NCBI GenBank assembly: GCA_965645245.1
Contig: OZ287080.1
Coordinates: 806,001-870,000 of the forward strand
Source of the DNA: Massalongia carnosa
Lineage: Eukaryota
Reading direction: 5' to 3'
Length of the DNA stretch: 64,000 nucleotides
Position numbers and translations under genes: made by a program. Shown here piece after piece: positions 23,494-33,803 of the stretch (positions are counted from its first letter, which is position 1; every line of letters begins with the position of its first letter). The notes beneath the pieces were generated by a model. That model searched no databases and was not told the DNA's origin. It was given only the letters and a program-made list of their open reading frames with translations.

Positions 23494-25151
23494 TACAAAG
23501 CGGCTAATTCGTCAGTCGATTTTCGAACATTTAACGATATAACCATTTCACAATTTTCATCATTGGATTGATGATTCTTGTTGCAATTCGCGCATTTGAC
23601 GACGGCGTGTGCACAAGCAATTTTTGACTTGCATGTTGTGCATTCATGATTGCGTGTTTCATGGTTTTGAGCACATATGCTGCATTTCGCTTGACTTTTG
23701 CATTGATAATGCTTGTGTCCAAATTTTTGACAATTAATGCATTGTGTGTTTGGACGAACGGAGGTAAATATTTCCGTGTCACAATGTCGGCCCGCGATAT
23801 TGACTCCTTTTAACGCGTTCAAGGCCATATTTCGATCATTGAATGTCAAAACAACGGATGATTTGATCTTGTTATGACGATCACGTGCTAGCCATCTGGG
23901 AACATCGCATAATTGCATGTTCGAATTGAACTTTTGAATTTCGTCTTGCAAATATTGCATGTTTTCATCAAATGTTGCAATATTTACACCGTGTGCGATG
24001 ACTTTGAACCACGATTCGTCCTTTCGAACTGTTCGTGGGTCGAATAAATGCTCCCATATTGATTTATTGTTCAATAAATCTTCAGCAGTGTTATCAGGAC
24101 TAGTAGTCAGAACGATGTTTTGACCCGTTTTGGACTTTTCGACCGTGTTAACAACGATAGTCAATTTCGCGTCTTTAAAAAGCGAATTGATTTGGTTTCG
24201 AAGCAACAGTGAATCGATATCGCCGATTTGAGCTTTCGGTGTGATTATCAATCGTCGAGATTTGATCGCCTTGAAATCGTCAGTATTATCGAATTTATTC
24301 GCATTCGAATTATTGTTGTTGTTCTTGTTTGTTTTTTTGGATCGAGGAACGGTAGTCCAATTTTCGGAATTGACAGTCGCTTTTCCGAGCATTTGGCTCC
24401 ATGTTCTAGCTGTATCGTTGACCTGCGGCCCTGGGACTCCGGCGGTTTCGCTCCGAATTTCTGGGTTGACGTTTTGAGTCAAATTCGAATTTCCATTTGA
24501 ATTTCCCTTCGATTTTGTCTGTATAGGATGCACCGATTGTCTCTTTGTTTCTGGAATTTGGCTAGTTTGTTCTAGCACCCTATTCAATTTCCAATCAATC
24601 ATTTCTAACGTTGCTTTTGGCTTGATCGATTTCTTTGCCAGTAGAGAATTGACGTGATCGATGACCATAGCCGTTTCGGGGTTTTGATCTATTACGAATG
24701 ACTCTAATAATGCATTTTTTGCCGTATTCAATAGTTGAATCGATTTTGATCGATTGATGACTTCTTGACTCTCAATCGAATGTTCGTCAAATGTTCGTCT
24801 TTTGTTGCGTTTAATTGGTGGACTCAGTCGAATATCAGAATTCAATGATGGCATGGGCAGATTGGTACTGAATTCACCAGATGGCGCGACAAAAGGTTTC
24901 GTTTTTGGGGTGGGTGTGGACGGTGCGGACGAAAATTCTCGCGTTTGGTCCATGGCCTCCGTGGATTCTACGGTTAGGGGGTTGCTCCCAATTATCGCTA
25001 CCGAAGATGGCGTGGGGGAGTCGGTTCGGGGGGGGCACGGGGGAGTACTCGGGGGGACCCATATATGTTGTGGAGGGGGGCCTGGGGGAGGAGTTGTTGG
25101 TATCAATCGATTTGGTCTATGACCTATCGGGTTAAATCTTCGATTGAGCAT
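23493..25151 (-). CDS. LINE A1 ORF1 (552 aa, gag-like, Cys/His knuckles)
   Basis: Intact ORF; Pro-rich N-terminus, CINCQKFGHKHYQC, CSICAQNHETRNHEC, CANCNKNHQS. Confidence 0.92.
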   Translation of the reverse strand: MLNRRFNPIGHRPNRLIPTTPPPGPPPQHIWVPPSTPPCPPRTDSPTPSSVAIIGSNPLTVESTEAMDQTREFSSAPSTPTPKTKPFVAPSGEFSTNLPMPSLNSDIRLSPPIKRNKRRTFDEHSIESQEVINRSKSIQLLNTAKNALLESFVIDQNPETAMVIDHVNSLLAKKSIKPKATLEMIDWKLNRVLEQTSQIPETKRQSVHPIQTKSKGNSNGNSNLTQNVNPEIRSETAGVPGPQVNDTARTWSQMLGKATVNSENWTTVPRSKKTNKNNNNNSNANKFDNTDDFKAIKSRRLIITPKAQIGDIDSLLLRNQINSLFKDAKLTIVVNTVEKSKTGQNIVLTTSPDNTAEDLLNNKSIWEHLFDPRTVRKDESWFKVIAHGVNIATFDENMQYLQDEIQKFNSNMQLCDVPRWLARDRHNKIKSSVVLTFNDRNMALNALKGVNIAGRHCDTEIFTSVRPNTQCINCQKFGHKHYQCKSQAKCSICAQNHETRNHECTTCKSKIACAHAVVKCANCNKNHQSNDENCEMVISLNVRKSTDELAAL

Positions 25152-26044
25152 AGTGTTTTTGCCTTTGCAATATCCCTTTTATCGCCACCAAATAATTTAT
25201 TCTGACTTTCCCCGGACGTACTAGTCAGAATAGAATTTACACCTGTTTGTTTACTGGTCAAATGACTCTTTCTTTCCTATCCCTATTTATTTGACTATAA
25301 CGCGTCAAATAAATCCTAATCGGGTTAAAATAGACCGTTCCTCGCTAAGGCAGTAAGTCTTATTTAACCCTTTACCAGACACTACAATAGGTGAAAATAA
25401 TGAAAGTTTTTTTTTTGCTTTTTTCAATAAAGATAAATTTTAATGCAATGTAAGACAATAGGAGACTTCCTATTCTGATTAATCTGAAACAGGACCTTTG
25501 GTATAATCCTATTCCAGACGTTTTTCCCCTTCTTTTCAGTGATCTGTTGACCGGCCGTTCAACGAAGATCTATAAAGCCGAAAATGGAATGTGCAAAAAT
25601 TATACGTGAAATATGCTATGAAAATTTGTGCTTGCGGAAGTTCCCGTAACCTTAAATGAGGAATGAACTTTAGAAGACTCTGACGTCGCGACAGTTGTTG
25701 TACAGTCCCGCGAGAGTAGATAATTTTTGTAGATAATTTTTATAGTAATAATTGAAGGTCATGCGACAACAGAACAGAAGAAAACAAGAAAAAAGAGCGA
25801 TTTTTGGTGAGGTTGTTGGTATTTGCTGTTTTTTCCAACTTCTAGAGCGCGCTTTATCACGTCGGTCGCGTGCGACCAGCAGAAAAACTCTGCTGGAGCT
25901 TTGCTAGATCTCTCCTACACTCAATCTGAGAGCGTTTTAACTCTGGAGGAGCGCAAATGACTGAGAAATAGAGGCTCAATTGACTGTTAAAGTTATAGTG
26001 TATCAAAAGTTGCGGTACTTGTGTTTCTTGTTGTTCAGGCCTTC

Positions 26045-26956
26045 GATAATTTTTTGCAAATGTATCGCTGATTCGTCGAATTGATGATTATTCAATAAAC
26101 TTTGAACTTTTGATTCGTAGTTGATTGAATTTTCGTCTAGAAACTTCGCGAATTTATTCCAATCGGCTTTATTACAATTGTATTTATTCGATAATGCGGT
26201 TGCATGTGACGTCAAATTCTTGAAAGATGCGATTAGTTCAAATCGGATGACTTCATGATCTGAACCTGTGACTGCGTTTTCATCGATTGCCCAGTTTGTA
26301 ATTGCATTTTCGATTTTGGAATTTGCAAATGTTAAATCAATAACAGATGATGAACTTCCAGAATGGGCGTAGAATGTGCATAAATCAGGTGTGTTTATCA
26401 AACTACATTTGTTTATTTTCAACCATTTGACTAAATTTTCTGATCGAATTGCATGTTGAATTTTCGAATTCCACCAGTTATGATGTGCATTGAAATCTCC
26501 ACATATGATGAATTGATTAGTTGATGTAGGTTGCAATTTGATTAAAAGTCGATCGATCGTGTATGTTTCTCGATCATTTTGACTTTTTTCGTTATAAATA
26601 TTGAAAATCTGCACTTTTCGAACTTCATCAATTGTAATTTCAATAATATGCATATCGGAATCGTCAATAAGATCCGTTCTAGGCGTGCATTGCAGTTTGG
26701 GATTGAATTTTGTGACAAATATAGCTACTCTCGAGCGATAAGTTGCTATTTTCGGCATAATGCATGTAAATGACGGATGTGATATTGTTTTTTTATCTCG
26801 TGTCCATGGTTCCTGAAACAAAACAATATCAATTTGATTTGATAAAGCATATTCCAAACACGAAATCATTGCATTCGTTGACCTTCCACAGTTGTGTTGA
26901 ATAAATTTGACATTGTGAGTATTTTCTATATTTGCCAACGAATGCTGTCCTGCCAT
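26045..26956 (-). pseudogene. LINE A2 ORF2, endonuclease part only
   Basis: MAGQHSL...GDFNAHH...GSDHEVI; homology ends near 26045 where A1 begins. Confidence 0.9.
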
Positions 26957-28530
26957 TATAAGGCGGATAATTCGTCAGCCGATTTTCGTGGATTTAATGC
27001 AGTAAACATTTCACAATGTTCATCATTTGATTGATGATTTTTATTGCAGTTTGCACATTTCACAACAACGTGTGCACACGCAGTTTTCGATTTGCATGTT
27101 ATGCATTCATGATTACGTGTTTCATGATTTTGTGCACAAATATTGCATTTTGATTTGTTTCGACACTGATAATGCTTGTGTCCGAATTTTTGACAATTAA
27201 TACATTGTGTATTCGGACGAACGGAAGTAAATATTTCCGTGTCACAGTGTTTTCCCGCGATATTTACGCCTTTTAACGCGTTTAAGGCCTGATTTCGATC
27301 GTTAAAAGTCAAAACGACCGAAGAATTGACTTTATTTTCGCGATCTCGCGCTAGCCATCTGGGTAAATCGCACAATTCCATGTTAAGGTTGAATTTCTGG
27401 ATTTCATTTTGCAAATATTGCATATTTTGATCAAACGTTGCAATATTTACTCCATGTGCGATCACTTTAAACCAGGATTCGTCTTTTCGAATTCTTTGTG
27501 CATCGAACATATGTTCCCATATAGATTTGTTTTCCAACAATTCTGCAGCAGTGTTTTTCGAACTAGTAGTGAGGACGATATTCTGACCGGTTTTCGATTT
27601 TTCGACCGTGTTGATTACGATATCTAACTTCGCGTTGCTGAATTGCGCGTTGATTTGATCTCGAAGTTTCAATGAGTCGATATCGCCGATTTGAATTTTT
27701 GGTGTAATTATCAGTCGTCTGAGTTTGATTGCATTTAATTCGTCGGTTTTGTCGAGTTTGTTCGAGGTTTGAGTCGAATTTTTCGATCTGGAAACAGTGG
27801 TCCAATTTTCGGAATTCGCAGTTGCTTTTCCAAGCATTTGACTCCAGGATGGAGGCGTGTTATTGACCTTTGTACTCGTAACCCCGGCGGTTTCCTTTCG
27901 TGCGTTCGTGTTGGCGACTTTATTTGGATTTTCAGTCATATTGACTTGTTGAACCCGAGTCGATTTTCGCGTTGTTTCTGAGGTTCGATTACTAGTCTGA
28001 TCAATTACCTTGTCCAATTTCCAATTCATCATGTCTAGTGTTGTTTTGATATTAATTGATTTTTTTGTCAATAAGGAATTGACATTATCAATGACTATTG
28101 CTGTTTCTGGATTTTGATCTAAGATAAATGACTTCAATAACGCGGTTTTAGCCGTTTTGAGTAATCCAATCGATTGTGCTCGATTGATTGCTTCTTGGCT
28201 TTCCTCTACTCGTTCGTCGAATGTTTTTCGTTTGTTACGTTTGATGGGCGGGCTTAATTCTATATTAGAATTTAACGATGGCATGGGTAGATTGGTAGTA
28301 AATTGTCCAGATGGGAATTTGGTTGCTTTTGGGGTCGGCGTAGTCGGGGCGGACGAATATTCATGTGATTGATCCATAGGCTCGTCAAGTACAGGCGATT
28401 TTTCTATAAGTCCTACTGACGAAAGCCCCGGAGATTCCATTTGGGGAGGGTTTTGAGGAGAACTCGGGGGTGTTCCCGGGGAGGCTCTCGATATAATTCG
28501 TCGAGTCCTAGGGAGTACCGGATTGAACAT
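26956..28530 (-). CDS. LINE A2 ORF1 (524 aa)
   Basis: Intact ORF homologous to A1 ORF1 with the same Cys/His knuckles; TAATG junction to ORF2. Confidence 0.92.
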   Translation of the reverse strand: MFNPVLPRTRRIISRASPGTPPSSPQNPPQMESPGLSSVGLIEKSPVLDEPMDQSHEYSSAPTTPTPKATKFPSGQFTTNLPMPSLNSNIELSPPIKRNKRKTFDERVEESQEAINRAQSIGLLKTAKTALLKSFILDQNPETAIVIDNVNSLLTKKSINIKTTLDMMNWKLDKVIDQTSNRTSETTRKSTRVQQVNMTENPNKVANTNARKETAGVTSTKVNNTPPSWSQMLGKATANSENWTTVSRSKNSTQTSNKLDKTDELNAIKLRRLIITPKIQIGDIDSLKLRDQINAQFSNAKLDIVINTVEKSKTGQNIVLTTSSKNTAAELLENKSIWEHMFDAQRIRKDESWFKVIAHGVNIATFDQNMQYLQNEIQKFNLNMELCDLPRWLARDRENKVNSSVVLTFNDRNQALNALKGVNIAGKHCDTEIFTSVRPNTQCINCQKFGHKHYQCRNKSKCNICAQNHETRNHECITCKSKTACAHVVVKCANCNKNHQSNDEHCEMFTALNPRKSADELSAL

Positions 28531-29003
28531 GATTTAATAAATAAATCGATATGCCTTTTCAATATCCCTTTTATCACCACCAAATAATTTATTCTGATGT
28601 TCCCCGGACGTACTAATCAGAATAGAAATTTACACCAATTTATAGGTCTAACGACTCTTGCTTTCCTATCCCTATTTATATGACAATAACTCGTCAAATA
28701 AATCCTAATCGGGTTAAAATAGACCGTTCCTCGCTTAGGCAGTAAATCTTATTTAACCCTTTACCAGACACTACAATAGTTGAAAATAATGAAAGGTTTT
28801 TTTTTGCTTTTTTGCGATAAAAATAGATCTAAGGCAAGGTAAGATAATAAGAGACTTCCTATTCTGATTAATCTGAAATAGGATCTTTGGTATAATCCTA
28901 TTCCAGACGTTTTTCCCCTTCTTTTCAGTGATCTGTTGACCGGCCGTTCAATTGAGATCGATAAAGCCTAAAATGGTATATGCAGAAATTATACGTGAAA
29001 TAT

Positions 29004-31169
29004 CCCTCTCGCTGTCATTCTAGCACCCCCCCCCCAAGCTAATCTATATTGGACTAGCTTCCGCACCGATGAGTCATCAGAACATTAGTTTTCTCTAGAG
29101 TGTTTGCGCGTTTGTTTACTTTTCAAAGAATACTATTCGGTCATTCAATCAGAATAAATCACATAAATTACTATTCTTCTAGCTTCGGAATTGATATTAT
29201 AAGTATGACGATCAATGAAGAAGAAATCCCGAGTGTATCAGACAAATCTCCCATTTCAGCGAAGCAACATAAAATAAATCGCAAAAGAAGTGTTCGGGAT
29301 ATTTTAATCGACCTTCCCCCTATTTCCTCAAAATATACCCCCATTCGGGTTGAAAACAGGCCTTTTGTTCCGCTCGTTGAAAACGATTCTCGAAATCCTT
29401 TGGGATTATTTCGGTTATTTATAACAAGGCAGCATTGTCGTATCATCGCAAATCATACCAATATCAAGGCAAATAACTACATGGAAAAGGAGAAGGAGAA
29501 CAATCATCGGGTTTGGACTGACACTACTGACTCGGAAATTGAGGTTTTTTTGGGCATATTAATTCTTATGGGACTCGATCATCTACCTGCTACAGAGGAT
29601 TATTGGAATCAACGTCCTGACAAACCAGTTATCATGCCTATTCTGTCCGCGATGTCGCTTGGTCGATTTCAACAAATCAAACGATTTTTGAAAATCTATA
29701 ATGGACAGACTGAGCCTATCGGACTTGGTCAAGGACCTGATTGGTGGAAGAAACTGGAACCGTTGGCTACTGATTTCCGAAAGACTTCATTGAAACATTG
29801 CAGACCAGGAAGTATGATATCTATAGATGAACAGCTGGTGTTATTCAAGGGCCGTTCTCGACATACCTTGCAGATTACTACAAAAAGTGCCCATAAAGGA
29901 TTTAAAATCTACAGTCTCTGTCAGGATAATTATCTGTTGTCATTTATGTTTGCCTCGAAGAGTAGCAGAATAAGTGAATTGAAAACAGTCAGACAATTGG
30001 GATTTTTGCCAAAAGATAAACTAACTCCTAGTGCTTTGCTAGTGATTCAGTTATGTAAAGAACTTCCATCCTCACTGAATTATCATCTTTTCTGTGATAA
30101 TTTCTTTACTAGTACGAAATTATTCAAGGCACTTCGATCAATCGGAATAGCTGCCAGTGGAACTGCTAAAAAGGGCTCGGGCTTTCCAGAAGAATTGTTG
30201 GCCATACGGGACGTCACTTCAAAAGGAAAAGACTGGGGTCTTCAGGCCCATATGGTGGTCGACGATAAGGTGCTTTGTATGGGCTGGGTGGATAATAATG
30301 GTGTGCAGTACATGACCACCGGTCATTCTCCTCAGGACTTGTACGAAATGCACTATATAAATCCGCACAAGAGATATGGAATTCCCGAGACCTCTCTTTA
30401 ACCTATTGTATCGTATTTCCCATCAACTCTGGCTCACTCCATTCCCTTGCTCAATCAAGAGGTTCAACGGCCCTTAGGATTACCGATACCAGCCCCAATC
30501 AAAGAATATAATCTTCATATGGGGGGATCGGATGGAAACGCTCAGCAACGAGCGATTTACTCATACAATCGTCGAACGGATCGTTACTGGTGGCCTTTGT
30601 TCATTTTTATTTTAGATGCAGCCGGATTGAATGCCTATAAACTTTACTCGCTGAACTCTTTCGATTCCGAGGAGATAAAATTTACTCGTTCTGAATTTCT
30701 TCGTCGGATTGCTCTTGAACTGATATCAAATCAAGCGGGCATCAGGTCCGGCCCATCAAAGATAAGCATCAATACCACGATTGATGCTTTAGTACCATCT
30801 CCCATTCATCATTCCGTTCGTCTTGAAGGCAGAAAAAGATGTGTGCAATGTAACGCCGAGAAAAAACGACCTTCAAAGCGGAAGGGAGAGCCACTGGCTG
30901 AAATAAGTGTCGATGGGCGTAAAAGAAGGCGAAGGGGTGCTCAGACTATATGGGCTTGTGGAGGATGTAATCCAATCAGGCCCTGCTGTAAGAAAGCCAG
31001 CTGTTGGGAAGCTATTCATATGATAGGGGACGAGTAAATAGGTATCTGATACTCCGTACAACTTCTTGTGAATAGGAATAACATTGATTGGTCAAAAGTT
31101 TAAGGTTTAACGCTTTCTAACCAACAATGGTTTAGCTTGGGAGGGGGTGCTAGAATGACAGCGAGAGGG
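29004..31169 (+). mobile_element. Complete piggyBac-like transposon (PB-2, 2166 bp) in the A2 5' UTR
   Basis: TIRs CCCTCTCGCTGTCATTCTAGCACCCCC and GGGGGTGCTAGAATGACAGCGAGAGGG; flanks ATAT and ATAC; LINE leader continues on both sides. Confidence 0.95.
29205..31037 (+). pseudogene. piggyBac transposase with one premature TAA (30399-30401)
   Basis: SIDEQ, FCDNFFT, HMGGSD catalytic motifs and Cys-rich C-terminus; the two ORF halves share a frame; PB-1 has Gln at the stop position. Confidence 0.9.
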
Positions 31170-32897
31170 ATACTGTGAATATTTGAGCTTGCGGAAGTTC
31201 CCGTAACCTTAAATGAGAAATGAACTTCAAAAAAGTTAGTCGTCGCGACAGTTGTTGTACAGTACCGCGACAGTAGATATTTTTTGTAGATAATTCTTGT
31301 AGTAATAATTGAGGGTAATGCGACAACAGAACAGAAGAAAGTGAGAAAAAAGAGCGATTTTTGGTGATATTGTTGGTATTTGTTGTTTTTTATAACTTCT
31401 TGAGCGCGCTTTATCACGTCTGTCGCGTGCGACCAGCAGAAAATCTCTGCTGGAGCTTTGCTAGAGCTCTCCTACACTCAATCTGAGTCCGTTTTTGCTC
31501 TGGAGGAGCTCAAATGACTGAGAAAGAGATGTTCAATTGACTGTGAAAGTTTTAGAGTATCAAAAGTTGCGGTACTTGTGTTTCGATAGGTGGTCTTTGG
31601 TGTGAGCGGTGTGAATGAGCATTGAATTTCATTCGTATTTACGGAAATAAGTAACGAATATAAATCAGAAATAGAATTGGCGAAATAGGTGAACCTTGTG
31701 GAATTCCAGATTCGATAGAGTACGTTTTGCTTTTGTGTTCATCGAATATCAAATTGATCGATCGTTTTGTCATAAAATGCTTGACCGATTGAATAACTAT
31801 GCGAGATAAATGCAGCTTTTTCATGACATTTATCAATTGATTAATCGAAACAAAGTCAAATGCTCCTTTGACATCGAGTAATAGACATGATAAAACGTTT
31901 TTGTTTCGGTTTGCGATTTCGATATCATGAACGACGTTCATTACCGCATCGATTGCAGAATGATTTTTACGTCCGCACATTTGTTCGGTATCTAACAAGC
32001 TCGAATTTTCGCCGAGGTAGGCTAGTCGATTAGCAACTATTTTCTCCGCAATTTTACCAAGACAATTCAGTAAGGTAATAATTCGATATGATTTTGGCAG
32101 CGAGTAGTCTGGTTTATTAAGTTTTTTTAAAACAGCACCGAGTCGTGTTCGCCAACATAACGGGTGATAACCGATTTGTATAAATTTAGAATAAATAGTA
32201 AAAAACACGTTTTTCAACGGTTGAAACGATTTTTGAATTATTGTGAAATTGATTGCATCAGGCCCACATGATTTCTTTGGATTAAACAAACTAATCGCAT
32301 TTTGCAATTCATTTTCGGTTAAATTCGGCCAATTGTTGTCATTTTCGCTGTCTTGATTCGTTAAATCTTCAATATTATCATCAGTGAACGGGTTTTTTGT
32401 GTACATTGCTGACACAAACGCATCGCATTTGTGATCGAATTGAACATTTAACTTATTTTCATATTTAATAGGTGGTATTTTTTCGAACATGCGCGGTTTA
32501 GTGTATTTATAAGCTGTAAATACGTCTTTATTCGCTGCGTTTTCGAGGAAAGCCAACCAAGTTTGCTGTTTCGCTTTTCGAATTGCATGAAAGTACTCGA
32601 TTCGACTATGTCTAAATGTTTGATGACTAAAATAGGACGGATTATTCTTCCATTCTCGACGATGTCTACACATGATTTTTCGAAGTCCGGATAAATCTTG
32701 CGACCACCAATTTTTCGATTTTGCGCATATTTTTGTCTTCGGAATAAACATTTCAGCCGCGTTTTTGATAACGTTTTGCAAATATAACGCTGATTCATCA
32801 AATTGATAATTGTTCAATAGACTTTGTATTTGGGACTCGTAGTTTACTGCATTTTCGTCTAGAAACTTCAAGAATTTATCCCAATCGGCTTTATTGG

Positions 32898-33426
32898 TAT
32901 AAGAGGGACAGTAGACACTAGTCCTTATGGGTTAAAATGCTCAGTGTGACTGCTAATAGATTGGTAGGTGCTAAAGCTAAAAGCTGATTCCCTGAAGATG
33001 GGAATCGAGCTTTCTATATACCCCTTGGGGTCCTATTTACTAACTACTTGTCTGGTTACCTGTCTGCCTTGTTGCCTTCAGCTGAGGTCTAGTAGATAGC
33101 CTTGCTGCCTTCAGCTGAGGTCTAGCAGATAACCTTGTTGCCTTCAGCTGAGGTCTAGCAGATAGCCTTGTTGCCTTCAGCTGAGGTCTAGCAGATAGCC
33201 TTGTTGCCTTCAGCTGAGGTCTCCTAGGCGTCCCAGGCCTCCCATGAGATCGAGGCTTATCTGAATAGCTTCAGTTGCTGCCTAATAAACTGGTAAGGCT
33301 GATTGCTGATGGCTTAGTATTGCTATCCGCCTTATCATGACTAAGCATCCGGATTATCAGTCACCCGGTCTTCTTGGGTGAGTCATCTCAGGAGCTAGCG
33401 CAGTCCTGTATTGCCGCGCTATTACA
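32898..33426 (-). repeat. 3' LTR of Gypsy-3, with a 33-bp tandem repeat at 33066-33222
   Basis: Direct repeat of 38934-39462; unit GCCTTGTTGCCTTCAGCTGAGGTCTAGCAGATA, about 4.75 copies. Confidence 0.95.
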
Positions 33427-33803
33427 ATTACCTCCCTTCTAGTAATGAGCTCCTGCGAAATTCATCCCAGGTAGTTCGTGCGTTCAGCCCATCATCGCGT
33501 GGTAATTGCAAGCGGTTAATCGTGCCGATGGCTTTAACGTCGATGGCCGCTTGAATGCAGGCTAGCAAGAGTTGGGATTTGTAAGAGCTTGGAAGATATT
33601 AGGATAACATAACTTGATGCTCTGGCTCAGCCTCATTAAAAACCTCCCACCTCCCTTCTAGGGAAGGTGCTAGGAAAAGAGCTACTGGCCTGGATGGAAT
33701 CGAGCATGACGTTACTGCAACACATTGCTGAGCTCCTAGCGCAGCCTCATTAAAAACCTCCAACCTTTTTTCGTGGGCAGGTGGTAGGAAAAGAGTGCTG
33801 GCC

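Larger units (their letters stand above)
19247..31610 (-). mobile_element. Composite LINE block, subfamily A: complete A1 (19247-26027) plus upstream 5' half A2 (26045-31584)
   Basis: One 14-bp TSD GTGAATGAGCATTG (19233-19246 and 31611-31624) brackets one 3' tail and two 5' UTR/ORF1 units. Confidence 0.9.

Noticed and set aside
25353..25378. Antisense intron GTAAGT...CAG in the LINE leader
   Set aside because: Only 26 nt and splice sites are not conserved in B copies.
26003..26956. Stand-alone domesticated endonuclease genes (also 39424-40248)
   Set aside because: Both are ORF2 starts cut by a neighbouring element, which supplies the stop codon.
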